The position numbers and the translations under genes were made by a program. This document shows positions 24,401-37,936 of a DNA stretch of 64,000 nt, in pieces. How positions within the stretch are numbered: position 1 is the stretch's first letter; every line of letters begins with the position of its first letter. The stretch covers positions 1,426,001 through 1,490,000 of the forward strand of contig OZ287080.1 of assembly GCA_965645245.1 (NCBI GenBank). Direction: 5' to 3'. This stretch comes from Massalongia carnosa (taxonomy: Eukaryota). The notes beneath the pieces are model-generated. The model was not told the DNA's origin and made no database searches. It worked only from the letters and a program-made list of their open reading frames with translations.

Positions 24401-27400
24401 GATCTCCAAAGTGAGCTCAGCTATTAAAATAGCGACAGACGTAGCTTCTACAGTATGCTGCTTGTGGATTCTTTTGAAGAATCCCCACACAGTCTTGAAG
24501 ACCTTCACAGCAACATCAAGGATCCGCAGCTCGTTCATTTCCTCACCAATGGCCTTGATCCATATGATTAAACTCTCGGAGTGGATTTCTTCGATTTCAT
24601 ACTCAATCCACAAACCGCGAAGAATGTTCTCCGCTTCAACATAGCGTGATTGTCGTCTCAAGAACCTTACATATGCAAGCGTTACTTCTATCTTCCGCGC
24701 ATGGATTTCGGCACTGCCCTTTATGTGACAAGCTACGATGATACGTCGCCACAAAGTGATAATGAGCTCCTCAGCTGCAACGAGCTCTTTTTGAGCCTCG
24801 TATACCTCGAGCAAACGGAGCTAAGGGTACACGTTAGAGAGCCATCAGTAGAGGGGTTTTGTAACTTACGGTAACTTGAATACGGCGAATGTCGATCACG
24901 TCCATGCTTTCTTCGGCTTTCTCGTATAATGATCTGATATATATCAATATATCTTCGTATCTGGACTCTTTTTGAAGAACTATAACAAGGCTCCGAGACA
25001 CGACTGTGGTTTCGGAATGGAATTCCCCATAGTGCTCAACACATGCCTCGTAGACTTCTCTATAGATCTTGGTCGCTAAGACAATCTCTTCGATTTCGGT
25101 GTAAAGTTGTGCAAGTAGTTTGCTATATCGTATCATCTCTTCGCTGCTGTGGCCGTGATGGTGTTTATGCGACTTGATAACGACTTTGAGCATCTCCTCT
25201 CTACGGTTGGTGATCTCAGTTCTTGTAGTAGTGGTTATCGAGCTAGTGCAGGTAATATATCTTTCAGCGCAGGTAGTTGTGATGATGCCATATATTCCTA
25301 AAATGGTTTGGCTAAGTATAGAGGCTTGATAGTAGTAGTTGCTGGCCTCCATAGTCCTGAAAACCCTCTCATACGTGCGAGCTATTGTGATGAGACTCTG
25401 AAGCACAGCCTCGTGTGTTTCGCCGAGTATAGTTTTACGAATGTTCAATGCGAGTTGATGCATCTGTAAAACTTCGCTTGGGGGGAATTGGGATTCCCAG
25501 CACGCATCTTCAATCTGTACAAGAAATACGGAGCGGGTAAAGTAACGACGAAACTCGGCAGTCAAGTCGTGCTTTTCGCTTGATTGATGCATAGAAGAAG
25601 AGCGAAAATGGCTTATCCAATATCTTGTCGTGTACTCTAACAGGTGATGTGTTTCAAATAAGTGATCGATAGTTCCCGAGTCCAGCACATTCAGCTTGCA
25701 TTCTGTCCTCTTCGTCAGATGACTGTTTGCATAAGCCAAGCACCGATATGTCAAGTCACGGTGAGCATCTTGTAGCGATATCAGAGCTTTGCCGTTCTTC
25801 GACAAATCAATCAAGTGCTGACGGATGGCGGTATTGCGAAAGCGTATTATGCCATCTCGTATCTCGATCAATGATCCGCAGCTCTGATGAACTTGATCTT
25901 TGATATCGATGGTCCTGAGAATCCGCTTGCTACCTTGGACGTCTGTTTCCAAAAGAGACTGGATTTCCTTCAAAGTCAGCGGTCTCTCAGAGATAAGGAG
26001 CCACGACAGGACGAGCTTGGTATCGGGTTGCGTTAGATCCACCTGAGACACCAGTTTTTGGGTAGCCTCGAAGGTTGATTTGGGGGCGTTGTTAAGAGCT
26101 TGGTTAAAGCCGGTATGAGTTTTCTCGTTTTTGAGTAACTGAACGATATACTCTGCTAGAACGAAGCTCCCGTTAGCACCATCGACGATCCGGTGCACTA
26201 TATTCTTCTTCTCCTCCTCCTTCCGATCATGAAAGTGGTGTAAAGAAGCCAAGGATCGGTAGACGAAGCGCTCAAGGTCGTCATGCATATATTTAGGTTG
26301 CAGCGAGATCGATTTTGTTGGTTTGGAGAACGGTTTGCTTAGTGGATGGGAAAACACAACGCACTTTGTCGTCATATGCTTCTTAGACATTCCATACAGA
26401 CGATCCAAGAACTCGAGTCTCACGGTTTCACCCCCGAGCATTTGGTCTAAGCCGTCGATAACCAAGATAGTATCATTGCCCACATCGAGGGCTTTATCAA
26501 ATGCTCTCCATAACGCATTCTCGATTTGGCCGGGGGTATTTGATCTGGTAGACATTTCTACAGCTGCACACAAGAGCTTATAAAACGAGACGTTGCCGAC
26601 GGTTTGTTCCAACGATTGAAGCAAGAGGCGCTTGATTACACTCAAGGAAGTCGATTCGCTCCTCATAGTAGAATCTGTTCTCGATTATCAGCTTTGTTCC
26701 TGACAATGGCGAACATTGCGTACCAATCATGACCGAGTTTACATCATACGACTTCCTGCCCAAGGATTTTTCTAGCCGTTCCATTGTCCAGCTGGCTAAG
26801 GTACTCTTGCCAGACCCGGGGCCCCCAGTAATAAGAAACATGTCCTCGGAACTGCGGCAAAATTCCAGAAGGTGAGGTTGGAACCATTCACATGTAAAGT
26901 CTGCGCGGTCGCTTCTTGAGTTCATCGTGTCGGTAGATAACAGCCGCAAAGTGCGATCTTGAGGAGTAAGCCACCGTCGTATGGTGCTCATATCCACGAT
27001 GATACCTGATACAATCTGTTAGCGCACGTCTGTTTGGCAGTTGCTCTATTTTCCAGGACGAAGTACTTCGCAGCTCCACGTTGCGCTCCAGTTGGCATTC
27101 CCAAATAGTGTTTGAAACTTTGTCGCGATGGCTGAAAAAATGGTCTATTTTTTGACCAAAAAGACTATGAAGATCTTCAGCGTCGAAGGACGAGTTGGCT
27201 AAATCAAATTAGCTTGGAGCTCGAAAAGGCTAAGAAAACCCTACATCTACTTTTCTTTTGATATGTGACTGTTATTTCAACCACCAACAATAGCAGTTCT
27301 GAGTAAACTCCCACCAACTGGTCTTGGGTAGCATCATTTTCGGTGAAAAGTGTGCGATTCCGGAGTATGGAGGTCAACACCAGGCTCATTTTGTAGAACA

Positions 27401-27947
27401 CACCGAAGATTTTGTCCAGCGCATCAATATATTGAGGGCCCATCTAATCATCGTCAGAAGAGGTAAGATGGGGGAAACAAAAGTAGGGACTAACCTGTAA
27501 AAGAATACGAGAGCTTGCCCAAACAAGTTGAGCTGTCTCTTCGCTGTTTGGCACAAATACACCAACAGATTCGTGAAACATTGAAACATGTGTGGTGAAA
27601 TACTCTGCCCATAACAGAATCTTGTCCCAGCGACTCCCCTTGTGGGGCATGCGTCTTAAGCGGTCGGCCGCAACGAAGTCTAAGAATGACTCCACAGATC
27701 CAGGCGTGGACAAAGCACCTGAGCTCAGGACAGTGAGTTCCTTGTGGCATTTAGATGTGACTTGAACAGGACGCTTTCGAATGATATTTTGCGCCACAGA
27801 AAAGTTGGAAAGCTCTTCATGAATCCCATTAGTTGTAGCTGTCGAGGGTGATTTCATCTGACCATTAGGAACCACATCGGCATTAGTGCTGGATTTGCCC
27901 TTGGCCACCGCTTGGCCGTTCGGGCCAGCGCCGTTGACATGTGCCAT
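21453..27947 (-). CDS. Large NACHT-domain STAND/NLR-like protein with C-terminal TPR-like repeats (~2,050 aa, 7 exons)
   Basis: N-terminal helical domain (FVAADRLRRMPHKGSRWDKILLWAE), Walker A LITGGPGSGKSTLA, Walker B ILVIDGLDQ, winged-helix-type SERPLTLKEI, and kinesin-light-chain-like TPR motifs (LGETHEAVLQSL, LGATHTLTIETLYRLG, LGCSHERTLLSL). Six GT-AG introns restore one frame. Confidence 0.88.
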
Positions 27948-30900
27948 GCCGTCCTCTTTTGGTATTGGTGGATTCACGTGGTTCGCGTGTGGAGACTGAG
28001 GACGTTCTCTTGGTTTTCTCCAAAAAAAAACACTGCTAAATGAATGTGGTCTACAAAAGAGAGAGCAAGATCTTGATGTGCGAGCAATGACGAGGATTAG
28101 ATATCAGTGATAGAGTGTGCTGTTCAATGACAGAACCTTACCCAGAGACTTGTACTTCTTAGCTTTACATTATATAGAAGGGACTTGGGCTCGACCAAGC
28201 CCATAATCCGGTGCAAACCCATGCATGGCAAAATATGCCATTTTGTTGTAGGGGAATCTATATGAAGGGAGCTCCAAGCGGGGATGCACGAGCTTAATTG
28301 GCTGACAGTTTTGATTGAATGCATTATTTACAACGCCAGAAGCTGAATAGACACACTCAGTGTTAGGAGGTGATCTGAATATTGAATGTGGCGTATCGTC
28401 GTAGATGCCGCAGTTTCGGCATTAATTGATGTCAAGGTATTCTGTTTCGAGTTAGATTCATATATTCATACGGCCTCGAACGCACTTTTTGGGACCACCA
28501 GCCAGCCACAATTTTTGTAACTGCTCTGTATCCATGTCCAGAGGAGGTTACTGTTGGATTCTAGGGTAATTATCCTGCGACTTCAGGTGTCAAATTTGCG
28601 CCATATCAAACTATTAAAGAGGATTAATGATCCCCTTTACTTACTCGTAGAAGAGCGAGGTAAGGATAAGATATGGTACTAATCTAATATTTAGGGTTTA
28701 ATACCGTCTAACCCGGTATAGCATCAACTCTATTGGCCGGCAGGGCTAAGTAGCTGATACTTTCATCTGATAATGATCATAGCCCTCAATTGATGTATCA
28801 GACACTTTGGACCTTCAAACTGAACACTGTGTTCAATGCTTTGCTCTAGAGCTTGGGGAAATTTTGAGGAAAATCTGTTCATAACAAGCCCAATCAGCCC
28901 CCATATTTTTCAGTACTAAGCTATGTATTTTAGATACGTTGGTGATGATGTCGCATCTTATTAAAACGATTTTGATTTACCTTATAGTATAGTGTTGATA
29001 GGGGGATTTGGCTGAGATCTAGGCTTGCTACGTTGTTAAGATAGATCTCCGTAGGTTTGGGTCATCTAATCACATCCTGCACCGAATATCCTCGATTACC
29101 GAGGCGCGCTCTTCCTGGACCAGTAATGGTAGGTCTAGCTTAAGATAAGAATTTTCACTTCAAATCACAGTTTAGCTCAGTGACGTGATCCGAGATATCC
29201 ATAGGGCCGGGAATGATCAGATGCTGATCATTGTCTTCCTCTTTAGTCTTCAAATCTCGGTACACTATTTGAAACTAGGAGATATTGAATCGTCAACACC
29301 ATACCCTTTAGTGATCAACAGCATTAGTTTGATGAAGCCACAAACTCCGTTGGCGCAAGCTTAGGCGAGTTCGGAGAGGTTGCTTGTCGGTTGCCACTGA
29401 TGTCACACAGGCCTTACTCCGCTCCGTGGAACCGTGTCCTGGCGGGGATTGCGGCATTTTTAGGTCCGATAGGAAAGAGGGAAAGAGGGTCTACTAATCC
29501 TCTGCGCAGAAGAACTCAATGTTCTTGCCGCAATCTACCAGTTTAACCAATCATGAGCCGAATCGGTATATGTTCACTGGTTCAACGAGAATGCAGCAGG
29601 ACCACATAATTACCGTTGTTTTTGGTAGTGCCTTTTTCACGTTCAACACACCTCAAACCGTCGACAGAGAGCCATGCTCTACAAGAAAGAAAGTAGCACT
29701 CAGGCTCAGAATGTCAAAGGTACCCATGTTCCTCCGTAGGCTGACCAGAGGACACTTTGTGTGCGAAAAACAATCGGGATTCAGTCCTGGTCTTATCGGA
29801 TTAGGAAGACATGCTCTGTACTTATGAACAGATAGGTACCTGTGCTCCATTCTAGCTCCATTTCCTAGCTTCACTTGTCACCTGGTCTCTTCAATTGACG
29901 CTGCATAAAGGCTGCCGTCTAATCGCGCTAATGCAACAAGCTTGGGCGACTCGAGGCCCGTCCCGTCCTTTGTCAACGAACAGATTTACCTAAGTTACCC
30001 TCGGGATCAATGACAGTCGAAATGCTTGCGGCGCATTGCAAAAGGTTCTCTCTCTACCGCTGGAGGGTCTTAGTTGCGCTAAATTACCGCTGACGGGCAT
30101 TTTGGTTCTGGGGGAGGATTATTGGTGAAAAATGTGGCTATATCCAAACTCTTGCGTAGGAAAGCATTAGATATCCTTGTACATTACGATATAATTTCCC
30201 TTCATATAACAGTGGCTTCTGCACATCGTTCAAAGAACACCCATCTACAGAATAGTGATGACAACATTGCCAGAATACCAGCAACGGAATAACTCGGTAA
30301 CTTCTGGCATAACAGTACCGCAATTACGCGACAGACCCAGCAATGCAACGTGGCCAGGATTAAGCATCAATTAGTAGCTTTGGAACAAAACCCCATCAGT
30401 TGTTGCAGAGATCAAGGGTCTGAAACCATACGGAGTACATCTGCGTTGCAGCACCGGATGGTGGGATGAACCACACTCTGTAAGATCGATAGCTACAGAG
30501 TACTTCGGAGCGCTTGAAGACTTTGGCGCGAGTTATTGGCTAGTTGACGAGAAATGATGCAAGGGAGGTAAACAGTCGCCGATATCACGGATCCGATTCT
30601 ACCTGCGGTGAAGCTTCCAGAAAAGGCCATCCCTCCAGTGATGGCACCCACTTGCTGTACCGTCGATCAGAAGTCAAATTCCTTGCATGGTGTGTGGGGA
30701 GTTGGTATGGAGTAAGCTCGGTGTCCGAGTGTCGCCGACAGCCTTTCCACATGTGCAGAGCATTGCGATAGTAAGGACAACGACTCGAAAGCAAATGATG
30801 CAAAACAGTTGATTTCGAAAGCAGCCTGAGAGTGGAGGCAAAACAACAGCGGGGGACTGGCAGCGCAATACAAATAGATTAGAGCCTCTTCAAGTCATGC

Positions 30901-31688
30901 TAGCAAGGTCATTGATAGGGAACGTCCTCTCAACCTTCGGACTGCAGCAAGCAGCAGGTTTCTGAACAGAAACAAGTTCACGGTTTATAAGCTGCAACCA
31001 GTGTTCCAGCTAAAGTACTCTATACCAGTATTTTATAATATAGTATCCAGTCAAGGTAGGTAGTAAGCTATCTCGCATTGAGGGCGATGCATGTAGGGGT
31101 ACTTCTGTCCCTGTGCAGCATTGTAGAGCACGTGGGACGGCAAAAGCAAAGTGAACCGGTGTTGAACTCCCTTGCTTAGTTAGAGTTCATCAGATAAGAG
31201 TGCCTCCCGCCATAGATCAGTTCGTAAGTTCGGGCATTGAGCAAAAGGGTTTGTATGGAGTGTAGAGCAATGCGGTACAGAGTACCGATATAATTACTCC
31301 ATACGGGTAGCGGTATTGTACTCTGTGGTCCAGGTAACTACTCTGATCGTTTACGGAGTACTCGTACTCTGTACAGAGGGACTAGGTATCTCATCCTGAT
31401 TCCTTCGACGAGCCGATCAAGTAAGTCTCAGCGCCACATTCCTAAAATCTGTTAGTGCTAGTCTGCGGAGACAGCCAGCGGTCAGGGGTCAAGCGAATGA
31501 TCGACCGTTTTTCCATGGGCTCACCCTGGGCTTGAACTGTCTTCATGCACTCTAACCTGAATCTCCGAATGCTTCACCTGCAAACCTGCAAAAGCAGTCT
31601 CGCAACCCTGAAGGGCCTAACGCAACCACGTCCCAACACAGCCTTGAGCCCATGGCACGAGTAACTAACAAATAACGAGCTGAAGGAG

Positions 31689-31722
31689 CTCGTCAGACTC
31701 GTCAGACTCGTCAGACTCGTCA
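31689..31722. repeat. 9-bp tandem repeat (ctcgtcaga)x3.8
   Basis: ctcgtcagactcgtcagactcgtcagactcgtca, read directly. Confidence 0.9.
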
Positions 31723-32585
31723 CTATGCTTCAAGCAGCGCGTGCGGGGAGACGCTCCGACGATAATTCGTCCGGAGTGACCACGATCCTGCACCATTGAG
31801 TAAAGTCAATAATCCATGTCTAACCTAGCTGGTCATAATCTCCAATTAACAGGTTGTTGCGACTTGCTAGTGCTGAAAGGTTCCAATTAGGCTGAACCTC
31901 ACATAATCGCAAAATACACTCTTTCCCCATCCCCCCCAATGCTTCATACCTGGTTAAAATGTCTTCTCCCCCCACGTACGCCGCGTTTGACTCGGCGTCA
32001 TCCAAACCCTACCTAAGCCGTCACAAAGTATCCTCTGATATCTGGGCACCCACCTTTAAAGCTGGATCCCGGTGGAATAACATTGGAAGACTGTTCTCCA
32101 GCACGGGTAGTTCTTGGACCTCACTGGACAGCGGCGAATGTCCTCTCGGATGGCAACATTCATTTGTTCGAGGTAACATATTCGTTGTATCACCTTCGTA
32201 AACGTCCAACGAGTTGCGACTTGGGAGAATCGCAAGACCTTAAGATTTCCGAGGTGCGGTCGTTGGAGTGTTTGCAAGGGAATCGAATGCTGTGCAATTG
32301 TCAATCAACGACGCTAAAAGTATAAAAATCCCCAGTGTGCCGGCTCTTGACTTATACAAATACGTTCAAACCTGTACGTACATCGTTCCTTCCATTTTCT
32401 CTACTGCGCTGTGAGAGGGTTTCTCTAGCAAATAAGACTGCTAATCATCCACAGTGTATGATATGTGATACCACACCTGACACTACATAATCGTTCGGGC
32501 TGGCCCTGAACGGCCTTGGGGTTTGAATCTTCCTATATTGCGCTCTGCCGACCAATGGATACGTACCGGCATCATCTGACTCACA

Positions 32586-34540
32586 ATGATCGATACAACT
32601 CTCATAACATTTTTGTTGTAAGTAATGGGGAAGATCCTTTCGTCATGGGTGGCATGCTAAAGACTCCCAGCGAAGCTCCTACCTCTGCCCTCACCGTCGA
32701 GTTAATCGGGTCATGGGACAAATTTACCCAATCCTATCCATTGGAAAGGGATAAAAGAACTGGCCCGGGGCATTGGCGAGGCTGCCATACATTTACAAAT
32801 ATCACCTGTGACGGTGACTCTTTGGATCTATCCCAGAGTCGGGATGGCGGTCTCAAAATGGGTGGGAAGTATTGGTATTTTGTACGATCTTCACGTTATG
32901 TGATGCTTCAACGCTAGGTACTTCGCTGATCCAAGGTATTACAGTATCGGCTTGATGGCGATGGCGAGTATCACAATCCCGTGGAACCTTCGACAACTTC
33001 ATGCCCACTTCTTCCAGGTCAAACGGTCAACGTTTTGGATGTGCCCATTGAAGCCATTGAGATTCACGCTCGGAATGAGTCGTTCAGCTATATTGGATCG
33101 GAAGTGTACACCATGGACCCCAAGGCCAAGTATGTTAAATTGAAGCCTCGTACCCGACACAATGCAGTAAACACGCCGCCCGCTAGACTACTTTCTATGC
33201 CTGCCCGAGTAGTAGCCAATGACGCTCTTAAAGCGACAATCCAGAACACACCGTTACATACGCGCTCGAGTGATGTTCATCAAGAGATGACTACTCCAAC
33301 CGCCACACGGGTCTTAAGACCAAAGCCAAAATCCTCCGGTTCACCCACGAAACGTATGTTCTTAGCGGCATTATATAAAATGAGAGGGATTAGATCTGCA
33401 GGAACCACCCCAAGTCAAGAATTGAACGATGAAGCGATTGACGTACCAGTAATGCTCAGGCAGACTTTGGACAAGTCGCTTTCAGTACGACAAGCCAAGC
33501 TAATCCCAGAAGCCTACACTTCTAAGGTGTCTATTGCCTCAAAGAATATGTTGCAGACAACCCCAGAACCGCTGGCTAGGGTGAAGCCTGCCTTGCCACC
33601 ATGCGAGCATCGTTTTTCAAATGAAAGGATGTCTCCGCTTAGCTTAGAACCTGCTGAGAACGAGGTTACTCTCAGCTTTGAACCCCTTGTTAGAATGAAG
33701 CCTGCGTTGCGACTCCTCGAGCATCGTTCTTCAGAAGAAAGGATATCCCCGCTCACTTTAGGACCTACTGAGGACGAAGCCACTTTTAACTTTTTCAGCG
33801 GCGAGAGCTCCAGAGGCTCAAGTTCATCCTACTTCGTTCCCCTCGAGAAGCTCCAAACGCAGAAAGCTGTTTTCGAGAACTCCAAGCATAGCCAATGCCC
33901 GTTTTCGATACTTGCAACCGTTGAACTGACGTCAGTATCGGCTACGCAGCAGACGGATGCTCTTGCTATCGGGGCTAGTCGAGCGGGCAAAGAGGAATCC
34001 AAGATGTACTGCGACAATGCCCAGAGCGCTGTCCACAGCGCTACCCCTAGCTACTACGGTTCCGTCTCGTCTTATGTGACCAACAAAATGTTCTCGCCAG
34101 GTCTTGCCGCCAGCACAATCGAAACGGACGGAATGTCTCCATATCATCTTGCGCAGCCTGATACACCTTCCATCAGTGAATTTGAAGGTGATCCGTTGGG
34201 GGCCAAACCAACGTCAAACCTAGAGCCAAATGTGGATTCGTCCCATATACAGGTCTTGGAAGATGTCCGGATTAGTCCCATGGCGAACCTCCACACCAGG
34301 GTCCATCCTTCCAAAGGAACCTTTCAAGGTTACAGCTTGCCAGAAACTGAGCAAGCATCCGCCCTAACCCTACGGAAACTACCCAGCCTTACCTTGGAGT
34401 CCCAAGGTGTTGATTCACCTTTTCGGAAACCCGGCAGTCAGGCCCTTGTGCACTCTTGGAATGATGGGTCGGAGCACCGCATCACAGCCCTTGAGGAACT
34501 GGTCGACGATCTGGGATATCTCGGCGAGCTCATCGTTTGA
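32586..34540 (+). CDS. Hypothetical protein with N-terminal AMPK-beta/CBM48-like domain and long disordered tail, 3 exons
   Basis: MIDTTLITFLF (ATG 32586), intron 32618-32670, EAPTSALTVELIGSWDKFTQSYPLERD...GGLKMGGKYWYF, intron 32882-32944, YRLDGDGEYHNPVEPSTTSCPLLPGQTVNVLDVP. The V-x-L-x-GSWD-x-F and Y-x-LDG motifs resemble CBM48. Confidence 0.72.
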
Positions 34541-34979
34541 AATATTCGAACAGTTTCTTATTTTTGATTAGTCACTGCTATTTTCAATGTTCTCCAGCGG
34601 AGCATATATGTTTACTCGATGAAGATGTTATACGTTTTGTTTGGTCTGTTTATATTGGCGATGTACGGGCTTGGTCGCAACATATACCCCCTCGCATGGT
34701 GCGGCGCTTTTCCAAGATTTTTATATCCTTGTCATAAGATATCTGCGACTGCCGGTCTGGCGATGCCGTTAGCAAGGCGCAGGACGATAAACGTCGAGTA
34801 CACATAATTTTAGAGGTGATACATACATGAGAAAGTTTAGTAACGAAAGGCTTCTATACAATGCATATACATACACCTTACTCATGGCCTTTGCTTGACC
34901 TAACTACCAATTTTTCCGTAAAGTCTCTATATTCACCAAATGTCTTTGACACCTTTTTGAAACGGGAGAGCGGATTCCG

Positions 34980-36450
34980 ACGCACTCCCCCCCCCCCCCC
35001 TCTTTTTTTTTTAAACACTACCCTAAGTAAGACCCATTTATTTCCTCCTCCCCTACCCGCACCGGGGAACACGGAAGTAGCGCTTTCACCCGTTTCATTG
35101 CCTAAAGCACATGTCCATTGAAACTCATCCGGGTATATCTAGCTTTTGTGTTTCGGTCCCTGGTCCTTTGGACTTTGAGTTCCCTTACTTAGTCTTTCAT
35201 AATTGTTGTGATGAGGAGGAGGAGGAGGAGGAGGAGGAGGAGGAGGAGGAGGATGAAATCTAACTCTCCTCTTTGACGGTTTCGTCTTTTCTTTCTTTCG
35301 ATTGAAAGAGAAAGACGTGAATGGACGAGTTATAAAAGGGGGGAGGATGACCCTAGCCCTTTTGGGGTTTTCCTTCTTGTTTTGGTTTGTTCGATCCATC
35401 TATCCATCCATCCATCTCTCTCTCTCTCTCTCTCTCTCCACCCAACCAGCCAACCAACCTAATCCGAACAGTTTCATTCGCCATTTCTAAACTAGCGAGG
35501 TAGGGTGGTTAGGAAAGGGGGGGGGAAGTGTGAATAACAGATTGGCCTTTTTCTACTATAGTATCTATCGTATCTTTTATGTCCTTTATCCTTTAGCTCT
35601 ACTTCTGCCTCTTCCTCTTCCCCCCCCCTTTAAACCCGTATCTATTTCCTTCCTCCCTCCCTTCTCTCCTGCATGTCTATTTATCCCTTCCCCTCCCACG
35701 CCACTTTTAATTTTTTATATATATATATTTTTTTAAAAAAAAGCGAAGAGTAGGGGAAATCGAAAACAGGAACTCGTCAGAAATAAGGATCGTGGCGGGG
35801 TAGACATGTGAACAGGTAGAGTTGGCTAATTAGTTGGTGAGTAGAGATAGAGATAGGGATGGATGGATGGATGGATGGATTGATGAATAGGTACATGCTA
35901 GGATAAGCTACGTGGGAGAGGAGAAAGACAGAATGGTGACTGGATAGGGGGGTTGGCGGAGTGGGGATAGGGGATAGGGGAGAGAGAAGGGGAAAGAGAT
36001 GAAGCCGGGATTTGGGGGGAGGGGAGGGGATTTGATGGATGGTGGAGATGACGACGAACCTTGAGAAATTGAAAAGAGGAGAATGATAGCATAGCATTTG
36101 GAAAAGGAAATACTTAGAAAACAGAAGAAGAAGAAGAAAAAGAAGATTTCTTGGGGGAGAAAAAATATGAAAAAAAAATGAAAAAAAGGGAGGCGAGCGA
36201 TTGGCATATATATAATCCTATTATGCCAATTTACGTACACATTTAATGCTCTACGTCGCGGAACTATAAAGGAGGGGTGGGAGGCATAGGTATAGTTGAT
36301 GGGTTTCACGCATACTTCTTGTATTATGTAGTATAAAGTAAATTTCCACACACACATCATCATGGTTTTCTCTTACCCTAGTTACACACACAATCACCAA
36401 TCCACCCGTCTATAAACCACGCATACACACACCCGCGTTCGCATACAATA
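34980..36450. repeat. Low-complexity/microsatellite island: (GGA)13 at 35213-35253, (TCCA)n, (TC)n, (TA)n, poly-C/G/A/T
   Basis: Visible directly. The short ORFs here are repeat-derived. Confidence 0.85.
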
Positions 36451-36479
36451 TCCCGAAAGGTTAAAGAAACTCACTACTC

Positions 36480-37100
36480 CTAGGTAGGTGGGAAAGATAT
36501 TGTAGGTTCTGTATGTATGTTATGTATGCCCAGTCGGTTTGGATCGATAACTAAGCTAGCATCCTCGTGAGCCACCACAAAACAGTTGCTCTTCGGTTCC
36601 GGTGTAGGTGGTAGGGGGGTTCGATAGAGCTTACCTTGGCCATAATCTAGGGATTCTGATGCACCCACAAAGGATTGGAGGAGGGTATTGATGATATATG
36701 TGACTAACCAATTTTGTTAGCCCCCCCTCCCGCCGACGTTCAGGGGTTTTATGAGAGGAAATTGAGAGGGAAAAAAAAAGAACTTGCTCGCTGATCCGGC
36801 CTTAATGGTACATGTGTTATAATCATCGATTTCTTTGGAGGAAAATTCTCGCTCTTCCTCCGATAATTCCATCAACGCGTTCTTTTTGTGAACCATCGTG
36901 ATACAGTTCATGACGTGGACTCCACATCGGTGCGAAATATGCGAAAGCTGGCCCATACGCGCTTGTGCGTCGACCAGGCGCCCCACCTTGAGCTCTTCGA
37001 TTCTTTGCATCAAGACTTCGACCGGCTCAATCGTTGCAGGGTTGGCTGAGGTGCCTGCAGCATTTTGGGGTACATCATTACCGGATGGAGAAGAAGACAT
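36480..37100 (-). CDS. Probable small orphan gene (helical/coiled-coil-like protein) with a GC-AG intron
   Basis: ORF 36717-37100 joins ORF 36480-36668 in frame through intron 36704-36787 (GCAAGT donor, GCTAAC branch, TTAG acceptor), giving ...IKAGSA-ITYIINTLLQSFVGASESLDYGQ. A further GTAAGC donor follows, so the 3' end is uncertain. Confidence 0.5.
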
Positions 37101-37936
37101 GATGAATGGATAAAGCTGAAGGTATCAGTGGCTAGGGTTTTGGGGATCTGGTGGTGGAGCGTTCGGTGGTTTGTCTGAAGATGGCCTTGGAGGAGATAGG
37201 TTCTAGAAAGGAACAGAGGACGCAAGGATGTGTTTGAGCTATCTTGAAGAAGTTCTTTGTAATCGTCTGTGGACCTGTATGTTGGAATCTGCTCCCTGAG
37301 TAGAAGCAGAGCATTTTATGTCTATCCATCCTCCGTTGTGGCAAGCTCTGTCCCCACCTACTCATGGAGTGAATATTCCACCAGAGCTGGTTGCCAAAAA
37401 CCAACATATTCGCCAAAGCTGTGTGGCCAACGAAATCAACGCTCGAGCGAATTCGGAGGCCAACAGGATCATATATCCAGGGACCTTTGAGTCTAAGGTT
37501 CCGTTTCTTTGCTTCACTCTTCTACAACTGCCCTCAACAACTTCACTCTACACGGACTTCTGCGTAATGCTTCAACCCATATTGGCCAACACTCATTCCT
37601 CTGCGAGCGCAATGAGGCAGTTAAGGCTGGCTGAAGAAAATAAGAAAACAACCTAGTTGGTTAGGTATACACAATAGGTAAGGCTTGCGTAGGACGGGAT
37701 ATTTTTGAGATAACAGAGGTCGTTGGTGCAGAATATGAAAGTGATGAAAACCACACCCGTAGAGTGTGTGCACTTACGATGGCGTGTAAGCGATGCTTAA
37801 TGGTAAGAAGGATGTAGCTAAAGAAAGAAATGATTCCATGAATGAATGAACGATATAAAGTATGAGTCTCTTAAATAACGTGAAGACTGTTGTAACTCAA
37901 GCTAAGATCAAGGCGTCGGTTTGTCTATTACTTAAT

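Noticed and set aside
27800..27947. NG-rich N-terminus of the NACHT protein (VNGAGPNGQ..VPNGQ..TTNG) as an amyloid signalling motif
   Set aside because: It lacks the regular pattern of HET-s/PP/sigma-type motifs, contains prolines, and no neighbouring effector gene with a matching motif is visible.
35393..35885. Apparent inverted repeat between (TCCA)n(TC)n..AGCCAAC and GTTGGCT..(GA)n(TGGA)n
   Set aside because: The similarity is confined to simple repeats. Inner and outer unique sequence do not pair.
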